This document shows positions 1-15,336 of a DNA stretch of 64,000 nt, piece by piece (within the stretch, counting starts at the first letter, position 1; each line of letters begins with the position of its first letter). A model generated the notes under the pieces. The model was not told where the DNA came from, searched no databases, and worked only from the letters and a program-made list of their open reading frames with translations. This DNA comes from the human T2T-CHM13v2.0 reference genome, Homo sapiens: the NCBI RefSeq assembly GCF_009914755.1, contig NC_060937.1; one strand, given 5' to 3'. Both the position numbers and the translations under genes were made by a program.

Positions 1-548
<548 letters not shown>

Positions 549-1002
549 TACAGTCATGCATCACTTCACAATGGATACATTCTAAGAAATGCATCATTAG
601 ATTATTTTCTCATGCGAACTTCATAGAGTGTACTTACACAAATCTAGATGGTAGAGTCCACTGTACATGTAGGCTATATGGTATGGCCTGTGGCTCCTAG
701 GCTACAAACTGTACAGCATGTTACTGTACTGAATACTATAGGCAATTGTAGCACAATGGTATGTGTGTATCAAAATATATCAAACATAGAAAAGGTATGG
801 TAAAAATATGGCATAAAAGACTTTCAATGGTGCACCTAGATAGGGTACTTACCATGAATGGAGCTTGCAGGACTGGAAGTTTTTCTAGGTGCATCAGTGA
901 GTGAGTAGTGAGTGAATGTGAAGGCCTAGGACATTACTACACACTACTGGAGACTTATAAACACTGTACAATTAGGCTGAACTAAATTTTTTGTAATGTT
1001 TC

Positions 1003-1309
1003 TTTTTTTTTTTTTTCAAGAGATGGGGTCTTGCTCTGTCACCCAGGCTAGAGTGCAATGGCACAATCATAGGATCACAGCTCACTGCAGCCTCAAACTA
1101 GTTGGCTCAAGCAATCCTCCTACCTCAGCCTCCCCAATTGCTGGGACTACCAGAATGTACCACCAAACCCAGCTATCTTTTTAATTTTTTGTAGAGATGG
1201 GGTCTCACTATGTTTCCCAGGTTTGTCTCAAACTCCTGGGCTCAAGCGATTCTCCCACCTCAGCCTCCCAAAATGCTGGGATTACAGGCATGAGCCACCA
1301 TACCTGGCC
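1003..1309 (-). mobile_element. Alu (AluJ-like)
   Basis: Antisense Alu with J-type features (cactgcagcctcaaac, gctcaagcaatcctcc); tgtttcttt duplicated at both flanks. Confidence 0.95.
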
Positions 1310-1369
1310 TGTTTCTTTCTTCAGAAATAAATTAACTGTAGCTTAGTTTACTGTAACGTTTTTACTTTA

Positions 1370-1681
<312 letters not shown>

Positions 1682-2171
1682 TTTGCACTTTTTGACTCTT
1701 TTGTAGTAAGACTTAGCTTAAAACACAAACATATTGTACAGCCGTACAAACATATTTTCTCTCTGAATATTCCTATTTGAAAAACTATTTTTTACTTTTT
1801 AAAACATTTTTGTTAAAAAATAAGACATGTACACATTAGCCTAGGCCTATACATGGTCAGGATCATTAATATCTGTCTTCACCTCCACATCTTGTCCCAT
1901 TGGAAGGTCTTCAGGGGCAGTAAGATACATGGAGCTGTCATCTCCTGTGATAACAACGCCTTCTGGAATACGTCCTGAAGGCCCTACCTGGGGTTGTTTT
2001 ACAGTTAACTTTTTTTAAAAAAATAAGTAGAAGGACTACATTCTAAAATAACCATCAAAGCATAGTAAATACATAAACCAGTAACACAGTTATTGATTAT
2101 CATTATCAAACACTATGTAATATATAGTAATAATATATATAATTACTCTATATAACGGCATGTGATATACT

Positions 2172-2503
2172 GTTTTTTCTTTTTTTTCTTTTTCCATAAG
2201 TTATTGGGGAACAGGTGGTATTTGGTTACCTAAGTTCTTCAGTGGTGAGTTGTGAGATTTTGGCACACTCATCACCCAAGCAGTATACCCTGCACCATAT
2301 TTGTAGTCTTTTCTCACCCCCCTCCCACCCTTCCCCACAAGTCCCCAAAGTCCACTGTATCATTCTTATGCCTTTGCATCCTCATAGCTTAGCTCTCATA
2401 TATCAGCGAGAATATAAGATGTTTGGTTTTCCACTCCTGAGTTACTTCACTTAGAATAATAGTCTCCAATCTCATCCGGGTTGCTGCAAATGTGGTTAAT
2501 TCA
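2172..2503 (-). mobile_element. 5'-truncated L1 (L1PB-like) 3' end
   Basis: Antisense L1 3'UTR with T-rich tail; 14-bp TSD GCATGTGATATACT at 2158-2171 and 2504-2517. Confidence 0.88.
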
Positions 2504-2829
2504 GCATGTGATATACTTTTACGTGACTGGCAGCATAGTAGGTTTGTTTACGCCAGCATTACCACAAACTTGGGAGTAACATGTTGCACTACGATGTCAC
2601 AACAGCTAGGTGGCTAGACAATCAGAATCTTTCGGCTCCATTACAAGCTCATGGGACCACCATTGTACATGGGATCCATTGTTGACTGAAACATGGTTAT
2701 GTGGTGCGTGACTACATATACTACAGTCGGTTCATCCATTCACTTGTTGATGACCATTTGGGTTCTTTTCTCCTTTTAGCTATTATAAATAAAGCTGCTA
2801 TAAATATGCATTCTCAGGTCTTTGGATGG

Positions 2830-3293
2830 TGTTATGGGTTGAATTGTGCCCCCCAATAAAGGGTATGCTGAAAGTCCTAATCCCTAGTACCTCTTAATGT
2901 GACCTTATTTGGAAAGTTCTTTGCAGATATAATTAGTTTAGATGAGGTCATACCAGAGTAGAAGGGCTCCTAATGCAACATGATTATAAGACATGTCCTT
3001 ATAAGAAGGCAACTATGTGAAGACAGGGGACACGCAGGGACCATATGACAGCAAAGGCAGAGGCTGGACTAATGCAGCTGCAACACAAAGAATGCCAAAG
3101 ATTGCCAGCCACCACCAGAAGCTGCGAGAAGGCAAGGCAGGCGTCTCCCTTACAGGTTTCACAGGGAGCATGGCCCTGCTGACATCTTGATCACACACTT
3201 TTGGCTTCCAAAAAAGGGAGACAATGTATTTCTGTTGTTTTAAGCCACCCAGCTTGTGGCACTTTTTCATGGCGGCCCTGGGAATGTAACACA
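2830..3293 (+). mobile_element. MLT1 (ERVL-MaLR) solo LTR
   Basis: TG...CA ends; tgttatgggttgaattgtgcccc start, tttctgttgttttaagccacccag near end; 5-bp TSD gatgg/gacgg. Confidence 0.9.
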
Positions 3294-3298
3294 GACGG

Positions 3299-3790
3299 AT
3301 GCACGCTTTCATTTTTCTTGGGTTAATACCTAGGAGTGGAAAAGCTGGATCATATGGTAAGCACATGCTTAACTGTTTAAGAAACTGCCCAAGTATTTGC
3401 CAAAGTTGTTGTACCATTCTCCATTCCCAGCAGCAGGGCATGAGCGTTCGCATTTGTCTACATCTTTGCCAACACCTGGCATGATGAGTCTTTATAATTG
3501 TCGCCCTCCTAACGGGAGTGTAGCGGCGCCTCGTTGCGGTTTTATTTGCATTAACTGCATGACTAATGATGTTGAGCATCTCTTTAGTGAAGTGTCTGTG
3601 AAAATCGTGTGTCCACTTTTCAATGCGGTTGTTTGTTTTCTTAATATTGAGTTTGAGAGTTCTTTATATATTCTGGATACAAGTCCTTTATTAAATATAA
3701 GCTGTGCAAATATTTTCTCCAAATCTGCAGGCTGTCTTTTCATCCTCTGAACAGTGTCTTTCAAAGAGCAGAAGCTATTAATTTGGATGA
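3299..3790 (-). mobile_element. L1M ORF2 C-terminal/3' fragment
   Basis: Minus-strand ORF 3492-3764 reads QRMKRQPADLEKIFA..GLVSRIYKEL, an L1 ORF2p-like segment. Confidence 0.85.
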
Positions 3791-4354
3791 TGTCCAGGAC
3801 AAGAGCCTTCTGAGTGCTCTACCCAATGCCCTGTCTATGATGAGATTTTCCAGTTTGGCTTATGGAAGCAGGCACTATTCCCAGCCCTGTGTGAGTGCCG
3901 GGCACTCTTCCTTTCATCCTTTCGTGTGGTTCTTTCCCTGGCCTTGTGCAGATTCTTCACACACAAGTGCTGATTAGTACTCTACTAACTCTGCTGCAGA
4001 CCACCAAATTTTTCTCTGTGGGCAGTGCTCTCCTCGCCAGCCCTCTGCCCTGTGCTAGCCCTGAGAACTTGTTCTCCCTGGACATCCAGCTCCATTTCCC
4101 CAGCTAAGGAAGTGTACTGGGCTCTACCTGAGTTTCCCGCTCCTCCACTGTGGTCAGCAAACTCAAGTCAGCAGGCCAGGGCAAGCCCAGGCTCACCTCA
4201 CATGCTTCTCATCTCACAAGGATCACTGTTTTTCATTGCCTGGAGTCCAGTGTCTTGCTGATATCTCTTGCTCAGTGTGTGGGCAGTTTTAGGTAAGACA
4301 GTGAACCTGGTCTCTGTTTCTCCGTCTTGGGAGAAAGCAGAAATCTGCCCTGGT

Positions 4355-4609
<255 letters not shown>

Positions 4610-5155
4610 TGATGCTACCCATCCAAATCCATGCTTCGAGGAGAAAAGTGCAGAGAGAGACTGCTTTGTGGCCTGGATGGGAAGGCTAACAAGTGCACAC
4701 CACCCCCTAAGCATTCCCAAATTGTTTCTGTCCCCAGGATCTAGACATAAGTGACACAGTGATCTATTTGCCTTTTTCTCTTGTTTTCCCAGTGATACAA
4801 ATACCCCTGTCACCCCATAAGCAGGCAGAAGCAAGAGCCACCCGTGGACTGTCAGATATTTCACCACAGAGCAGCAAATATCAGGGGAACAGGACAAGGG
4901 AGCTCTGATCATCAAACTGTTTGATCTTTGGGAACTGCGCTAAGTGTTTCTATTGCAATTTGAGATGACTGCCAATGGCCTCATCTCCTTGGAGAGGAAT
5001 TCATTCAAGATGGAACTTTGGGCTTTGGAGTCAAGGTAAATTCGGGGCTTATTACTCTCTTTCTCACTGGGGCCATTGCTCGGGATGCCCCACAGTTTCA
5101 TGGAACTGAGGACTGAAAATGTCCTTGAATGAGATGTCTTCACCAGAGTGTGGAT

Positions 5156-5380
5156 CAGGGCTGTCCAATCTTTTGGCTTCCCTGGGCCACATTGGAAGAA
5201 GAAGAATTGTCTTGGGCCACACATAAAATACACTAACACTAATGAGAGCTGATGAGCTAAATTTAAAAATTGCCAAAAATATCTCATAATGTTTTAAGAA
5301 AGTTCACAAATCTGTGTTGGGCCACATTCAAAGCCATCCTGGGCTGCATGCGGCCCGCAGGCTGTGGTTGGACAAGCTTG
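5156..5380 (+). mobile_element. MER30 (hAT-Charlie MITE)
   Basis: cagggctgtccaatcttttggcttccctgggccacattggaagaag...ttggacaagcttg; degenerate 8-bp TSD gtgtggat/gtatagat. Confidence 0.9.
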
Positions 5381-5786
5381 GTATAGATACTCCTCTCACA
5401 GACTACGTGTGATGCCCAGGTTCCCTGTCAGAGACTGGCAGGGAGCGTAAGCTAAAGGGCCTTATGTAAGTGTGGGCACCTGGCTCCGTCAGTCTTCCAG
5501 CAGAGGCAAGCTCCACCATGAGGCCCATTTCCCCACTGGCCTGACTGCATGCCTTAATCAGGAAGCAGGAGCTGGCTTCTCTGGTTATCACTCGTTCCTT
5601 CAGCAAACAATTATGGAGCATCTTCCATGTTCCAGGCAGTGGACTAGGATCTGGAGATGCAGAAATGAATAAGACACCATCATCATCTGGTTGGGAAGAC
5701 CGATGCAGAAGCAGGCAGTTAGAAGATAGGCAGCAAATGCATTCCAGAGATAGGCTTAGGTGAGGGCAGCTGAGCCCTGAATCTCA

Positions 5787-5856
5787 ATAACATAACATAA
5801 CATAACATAACATAACATAACATAACATAACATAACATAACATAACATAACATAAC
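5787..5856. repeat. (ATAAC)14 perfect pentanucleotide microsatellite
   Basis: Directly counted: 70 bp of uninterrupted ATAAC. Confidence 0.98.
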
Positions 5857-6089
5857 GCAGTTAATATTTATTAAACCCGTCACAGTCAGGCCACCCACTG
5901 GTGAGAAGGTCCTGCCTTTCAATGAGCTCTACTTACCAGTTCTAGATTTACCTTCTGAAGACACCCAAAGGAAATCTGCTCACTTTGCCCGAAGCACTTT
6001 TTCCTTATTTGAATTTGGCCTCCTGAATCATTTTCATTACAAGGAAACTATCCACAGTCCCCACACCAGTGGAGAAAACTGCTCAGCCC

Positions 6090-6295
6090 TTTGAAGGCAG
6101 AATGGGACTGGAATCCAGTCATTTATTAGTACTGTGGCCTGGAGCAAGTGATTTCACCTCTCTATGTTCCTGTTTCCTCCGGTGTAAAATAAACATGCAT
6201 CATTATAGTATCGTGAGGAATAAAAGAGATGGTGTATGCTCAACTTTTAATATTAAGTATAGTGTATAGTTAATTCTCAATAATTGGCATCACTG
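6090..6295 (+). mobile_element. MIR SINE
   Basis: MIR core: tgtggcctggagcaagtgatttcacctctc...gtttcctccggtgtaaaat...gtgaggaataaa. Confidence 0.7.
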
Positions 6296-6767
6296 TTAGG
6301 GTGAAACATCTTAATCTGATGAGCTTTTAAGCTTCTAGGAGCATTTAAAACAAGTCTGCAGGATAAGGAGGTAGGTCCTCTGATCATTCCTTCACTTACT
6401 CTCTGCAGCATTCATCGAGCCAATTTGCACCTCACAACTTCCACAGCAATAGGTATGCAGAGATCATATTTCAAGGATCGTGACCCTCTTCCCTTCACAT
6501 CTCTCCCATGGTGCGCAGAACAACGCTGTGAGCACAGGAATCCATCGGAAGTGACAGCAAAGAGGAGGAAACATTCTGAGAAGGCCCAGATTCCTGGCAG
6601 GCTTCTCCTACCCAGCTTCCTTTCTGGAATTTTCTGGAGACATGAGGAAGGTCACTTATTTTCTATGAACCTTGTTTTTCTCCTCTGTTCTGTTGCAACC
6701 TGGTCCAAGCTAGTTTCTTAGCATATTTGGAAAAGTCTGTGTGTGAAGAGTGACGACAAAGGCTCTC

Positions 6768-7452
6768 GTGATGGTTAATTTTATGTGTCAACTTCATTGG
6801 TCTAAGGGATACCCAGATAGCTGGTAAAATATTATTTCTAGGTGTGTCTGTGAGGATGTTTCCAGACAAGATTAGAATTTGAATCAGTAACTGAGTAAAG
6901 AAGATCTGCCCTCACCAGTGTGGGCAGGCATCATCCAATCTGCTGAGGGCCCAACATCAAAGCTCTTGATTCCCCAGCATTCAGACTCAGGGACTTCCAT
7001 CAGCACCCCCGCTCCCATACCTCCATCATCCTACCACCCCCACTCTCAGGCCTTCAAGTGGCAAATGGTGGGTCCTCTCAGACTCCATGATCACATGAGC
7101 CAATTCCCATTTATCTATCCATCTATCTATCTATGTATCTAGTCATCTATTTATCCATCCATCCATCCATCCATCCATCCATTTATCCATTCATCCATTT
7201 ATCCATTCATCCATCTATCCATCCATCCATTTATCCATCCATCTATCCATTTATCTCTGCATCTGTCTATCTATAATCTATCTATCTATCTATCTATCTA
7301 ATCTATCTGTCTATTCATCCATCCATCTCTTCATCCATCCATCCAACTATCTATCCATCCATCCATCCATTTATCCATCCATCCATCAATCCATCGAGCA
7401 GGGCAAGGATAAATCCATCTATTTATCTATCCATCCATCCATCCATCTCTGC

Positions 7453-7495
<43 letters not shown>

Positions 7496-7611
7496 CATCC
7501 ATCCATCTATCCATCCATGCATCCGTCCCTCCATCCATCTCTCCATCCATCTGTCCATCCATCTGTCCATCCATCCATCCATCTATCATCCATCCATCCT
7601 ATTTGTATCTA

Positions 7612-7669
<58 letters not shown>

Positions 7670-7715
7670 CATCCATCCTATTTGTTCTGTTTCTCTGGGG
7701 AATCCTGACTAACAT
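6768..7715 (+). mobile_element. MLT2 (ERVL) solo LTR with expanded internal microsatellite
   Basis: gtgatggttaattttatgtgtcaactt...cccagatagctggtaaaat start; tttgttctgtttctctggggaatcctgactaaca end. Confidence 0.88.
7111..7680. repeat. Compound (TCCA)n/(TCTA)n tetranucleotide array
   Basis: About 570 bp of alternating TCCA and TCTA blocks, directly visible. Confidence 0.97.
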
Positions 7716-8495
7716 AGCTCTTTACCTGTCTCATGTCTTTCTCCAAGATTTCCAGGTAGCTGCCCTAACTGGACAAGAGAACACAGTTCTCCAGCTCTTC
7801 ATTCTATAGCAATTAAAAAAATGTGTGCATGCTCAACCTCAATGTTTTGTGTAAAATATATACAGATACACATATATTATTTATAATTATTTATAGATTG
7901 TATATGCATGTGCTTATATATTATGAACACCATAAAATATGCAGTACAAGTTGGAAAATAATGAGATAAAAAAATAAGTTCAAATAGAAGTTGAAATATT
8001 TTCTTTCTCCCCACACTCCACCAGATCATCTGCACATCACACGAGTGACTTCTGCTGTATACCGTCTTAGAGGAGGCAGAGGATTACCGTGGAAAGGGAA
8101 GGGAGGACATCAACATGTACAACACCTATATGTGGCAGGCACTGTGCTTGACTCAGGAGAACTTGACAGGAGTTCCCCATCTTATTTGCCCACTCTATAA
8201 ATGAGTCCCAAAACATTTCAAAACAAGTTGAGGTTTTCTCCATTTTTAGCAAAAAGCTGAGCTGTCCAGCCAAGGCTTAAGGTCCCTCTCTGAAGTGCTT
8301 CAGGACACCACTCCTCAGCAGGTTCCTAGCAAGATGCCAGCTGCTATTAGCATGATGTAACACCTATACAGACTTTGAGGTGAGTCCCCCAGAATGGTGA
8401 GGTCCGTGTCTTTGCTAAGTAGACACAGGGGCATGAGAACTTTGGGGGGTAGTTTCTTAGCTAACCAACATCAAGGGAAGAAAAGGACCCTGGAG

Positions 8496-8636
8496 CTTTT
8501 TCTTTTTTCTTTTTTTATTTAGAGACGAGGTCTCACTATGTTTCCCAGGCTGGTCTCGAACTCCTGAGCTCAAACGATTGGCCAGCTTCGGCCTCCCAAA
8601 GTGCTAGGATGACAGGCGTGGCCACCACGCCCGGCC
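8496..8636 (-). mobile_element. Alu monomer / FLAM-like
   Basis: T-tail followed by a single antisense left-arm-like unit; gagcttttt/gagctcttt flanks. Confidence 0.85.
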
Positions 8637-11025
8637 CTCGAGCTCTTTCTTGCCCCTCCAAGGAAAGACTTGTTGATAAGCCTTCTCATTTCCCAGCTGG
8701 CACTGTTTCAATTCAGTGCAGCCCCTCCCTAGGAAAGGTGGGCACAAGGGAAGTGCTGACATCACTGGCCAGGTATAGATGCACCTTGTCACCCTCTACC
8801 ACACCACCACTGCCAGCACACACACTCCCAGGCATGCACACATGTACTCATACACGCATGTATACGCTCATTTGTGCACACTCATACACATGCACACACT
8901 CATGAATAAGTGCACACACTCACACAATATACTCTCCCTGGGCACAATGTTCTCTTCCCCAGCTGCCCGCACCTTAAGGCAGAGAAGTGAGGAGGAGGAA
9001 GATTCCAGGGTTTCATATTTCTGATAGATGGAGCTCCAACTTGGGAGTTGGAAGAAAAGCCGGAGATGCTGGTGTTCTGGCTGGCCTCCCTCTGAGAACA
9101 CCCACAGCTCTGAAAGCTTAGTCAATAGTCCATTGTTTGCTGCGAAATTAAGAAGATAAGAGAGTAGAAGAACTTAGTCCAAAATGCTAAGAGAGCAGGC
9201 AGTTACTATCTTCCATCTTCACCAGCTAGACTCCTGCCAAAGTGTTTGCCATTCAAGGGCACATTCGAGCCCCGATCTCCCCAGACCTCCGTCTGTGTCC
9301 CCACTCCTGCCTCTACCCCCACAGCCCTTCTCTTCTAGCATCTTTCTCCCATCTCTCCCCTTCTGGTGCTCTCCTTCCTTCCTCTTTCTCTCTCCCTTTT
9401 CTTCCTCACCCCATGTTGTGCTTCCAGCTCCCCATGCCCTAACGGAGGCCCGTGGGGGTCCCAGATGGGCTGGGCCCTGTTCCTTCAGACAGCTGAGCTC
9501 TCACAGTAGATGGACATGCTATAGACCAAAGCCCAAGGAAGGCAGGTGACTGTGAAGCCGAGCCCAGCTGAAAGAATGGAGATGGAGAACCCAGCATCGG
9601 TGCTGATCAACCACATGACCTTGGCCAGGTCAATCCACTTCACTGGGCCTCACATCTGTCAAGCAAAAAGCTCCATTTTTAGCTCTACTGAAGAAAGAAA
9701 TTTTGAGCATGAGGCTAGATGTGTCAAGGGAGCCATCCAGCCTTCAGGAACTATTCCACATCTTTCTGAAATCCAGGAAGGAAGGTTGTTGTCAGAGGAG
9801 CTATTCTGAACCAGAGGCCAACTGTGACTTCATATGTGAGGATCGTGAACTAGCTTTCCAAATAGAACTGAATCCGTGGCCTGCTCACTGGCATAAACCC
9901 TCCTCGCCTTGGATGAAAGGAGAGTTGGTCACAAGACCATATTTAGCTCACAAAAAATTCACTCCAACTCAGAACTCAGCAGCACCAACAACCCAAAGCC
10001 AAGATGTAGCTGCCCCGAAGAGAAAACTTCCCCTTTACTAAAATCATACTTGGAAGTCTGTGTGATACACCAACTCTCCCAACTCAATTCCGATCAAGTC
10101 AAAATTCTTGGTCTTAGAATTGGGGGGCAAATGAAACGTGAGGATTAGGACCAAGCCACACGTGCCTAAGCATTCCCTCCAATTTCTCTCACAGGCCCTA
10201 AAGTGGTGGAAGAAGAGAGGGAGGGCCAGGTGGCCTGAAGCCATTCCAAACGGCTCAGGGGGGTCAGTGTGATCTTACTCCATTACTCCATCTCTCTGCT
10301 GCAAAACCAGATGGAGCTGGTCACGACAGGATCTGGAGACAAGATATTCCAAATGGAGGAAACCAAAAGAGTGAACACCCTGAGCCAGGAAAGCATGACA
10401 CTCTAGAACAGCAAGGCCAGAGGAGCTCAAGCAGAGGGAGGGAATGAAGCCAGAGGGCATGAGATGAGGGCTGGGGGCTTGACACTCCAGGTGAGGGGTT
10501 TGGGTGGATGTGTCTGTGTCTGTCTGTGTTTTAGGTGAAACGAGGTGGGAGGTGAAGAAGCTGTGGATTAGGGTGGCAACGGTGGGAGTCCCACCTGGGG
10601 CTCTACTTGAGCAAGACCACCAGGGTAGAACCAGTGCGACCTGCTAAACAAATGGATATGGGGGAGAGAGGAAGAGGAACAAAGAAGCCATGTGGGACTG
10701 GGGCCTGGGCAGAGGGGATGCCATTGACCAAAAACAGGGAGACAGAGGACCCTGCCAGGGTCAAGATCCATACAAAAGGTATTTTGCACTCGTGGAGGTT
10801 GAGATGCGTGTTATCCATCCAGGTGGCAAGGGACACACAGCACCCACCCCACTATTTTGCCACCAGCGAATGAACATTCATTGAGCATCTGCTGAGTGCC
10901 AGCACTTTGCTGCACACCACACAAGCACGTATGCCTTCTATCCCTGAATTGCTCAGGAAGGTTAACACAGTGACTGGTTCCATTTCACCTTTTAAATATC
11001 AGAGACTCAAAGGAATTAAGTAATA

Positions 11026-11363
11026 CAGGGTCCCCAACCCCCCAGGCTGTGGCCAGGTACCAGTATGTGGCCTGTTAGGAATGGGCCGCACAGCAGGAAG
11101 TGTGAGAGCGTGACCACCTGAGCTCCGCCTTCTGTCAGATCAGCAGCGGCATTTGATTCTCATAGGCGCGCAAAATCCTATTGTGAACTGTGCGTGGGAG
11201 GGATCTAGGTTTCACGCTCCTTATGAGAATCTAATGCCTGACGATCTGAGGTAAAACAGTTTCATCCCAAAACCATCCCCCCACTGCCACCCCAACCCCA
11301 GTCTATGGAAAAATTGTCTTCTATAAAACCAGTCCCTGGTGCCAGAAAGACTGGGGACCGCTG
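11026..11363 (+). mobile_element. MER1B (hAT-Charlie) inserted into a MIR
   Basis: cagggtccccaaccc...ctggggaccgctg TIRs; 8-bp TSD aagtaata/aagtaatg; antisense MIR remnants on both sides (about 10870-11460). Confidence 0.9.
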
Positions 11364-11536
11364 AAGTAATGTAATATATCCAATGTGATCTAGCTAGAAA
11401 GTGACAGGCAGCATTTCAACCCAGGGCCTTTGGCTCCAGAGTGCTTAACCAACACTCCATGCTGCCAACCCAATGACACCTTTTATTTCCCCAAAATCTG
11501 CAACATCAGCCTCTTTAAGTTGCAGTGTTGGGGGAG

Positions 11537-11553
11537 CACGTGAGCATCACGTG
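11537..11553. promoter_or_regulatory. Perfect tandem E-box, ChoRE-type element (CACGTG-n5-CACGTG)
   Basis: CACGTG AGCAT CACGTG; matches the ChREBP/MondoA:MLX consensus spacing; function is inferred. Confidence 0.55.
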
Positions 11554-12109
11554 CCCACTGACAGCCAGGATGGACTTAGCTGAGCTGCACTCTCACTTGG
11601 GGTACAGTTGGTTGGTGCTTCTGAATCACCAGGCGGGAGGTGGTGGGGCCCAGTGGTTGACCACAGTCCCAGGGGGAGGGAGAGAAGCAGTGACTCCACC
11701 AAAGCAGTGGCTCCACCACCATCATCCTGGAGACACACGGGCTGAGTGGCCCCCACGCTTCCAGGACACCTGTGGGTGAAATGGCTGAGCCCAAAGATTG
11801 CCACAGCTTTTCCTAGCCTGAAGCTCCAGGTTTAACAACTGGTACTGCTCTGCAAAAGCAGAAGAGCTTGACCAATGATGAGCCTGAAGAGGCAGAGAGA
11901 GAGAATCATAGCCATCTAGATTAATTTGAAAAGTACCTAGATGCCTGAATCCCCCACCAGAGGGTCACCTTCCCCGCTACCTCCTCTCATTAAAGATTAA
12001 CTTCAGTGATGATTTAAACAATCAATGTGAGGACTGTGCCTTCAAAATTTCCCAATCACAGTACCTGGGAGGCTATACTACCTGATAAGAAACCTCATGC
12101 CGGATTAAA

Positions 12110-12340
12110 ATTGCAGCTACTATGTGTGGAGCACTTACTGTACATAGAGACTATCCTAAGTGATTTCCATATATTAGGACAGCAACCCTGTGAGCTAAAT
12201 TCTATCATCATCCCTGCTTTTCAAATGAGGAAACTGAGACACAGAAAGGGTAAGTAACTCACCCAAGGCCACCTGGGTAGCAAATGGCAGAACCCGAATC
12301 TGAGCCCAGGCAATCTGACCATGCTCATCACCGCTGTGCC
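12110..12340 (-). mobile_element. MIR SINE
   Basis: caaatgaggaaactgagacacagaaagggtaagtaactcacccaaggccac. Confidence 0.85.
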
Positions 12341-12772
12341 TGCCTGCCTGCATCTTGCTTACTCCTGTGATCAGCAGTCAGGGCCTTCCTCAAGACCTGT
12401 TTTGAGCTGTATCCCAGCTCAGAAAAGAATGTCTTGATCCATCCAGAAGAATGTCCTTAAGGTCAATGTTTGTGATCACACTGAAGCTCAATCAGGACAC
12501 AGGGCAGTCAGATGTGCTGGCTTACTGTGCGAGCCCAGGACACCTAAAAGGCTCTGTCAAATCTAGTACAGGTACAGAACCTTCGAGAGAGGACCCAGAC
12601 AGTATACAGGTGTACAAAGATGAGCAAACAATTGGGGTTTGATTAACATATTTCAGTGTGGACTGTAACACCAGCAGCAGGGCTCAGGGAAGCTATAACA
12701 CAGAAACTTACTTCAGGAACCTTCCCCACTTCCTATGCTCCTTCTCTCTTCTGTGGTAATCTCTCTTACTAC

Positions 12773-13542
<770 letters not shown>

Positions 13543-13749
13543 CTATTCACATACAGTGTATTCATCTCTCACCCTACCCCTCATCAGAACGAGGATCCCT
13601 CCCGGGCATCTTCACCCAAATGAAGGCATCTCTAACTATGGAACTTTAAGTACTGACCAGCCTTTACTAGTGCTACCATTTGTTGGGCATTTGCTTTGTG
13701 TGCTAAGTGCTTTACAAATGTTATTTTATTCCATGGCCCTCACTTCATT

Positions 13750-15336
<1,587 letters not shown>

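Noticed and set aside
5787-7680. Regularly repeated units as a possible CRISPR-like array
   Set aside because: Simple microsatellites without unique spacers; eukaryotic context with no cas genes
9616-9632. TGACCT-n5-AGGTCA everted nuclear-receptor repeat
   Set aside because: Lies in MIR-like sequence whose consensus (tgaccttgggcaagtca) already nearly gives it; 5-bp everted spacing is not a well-established element
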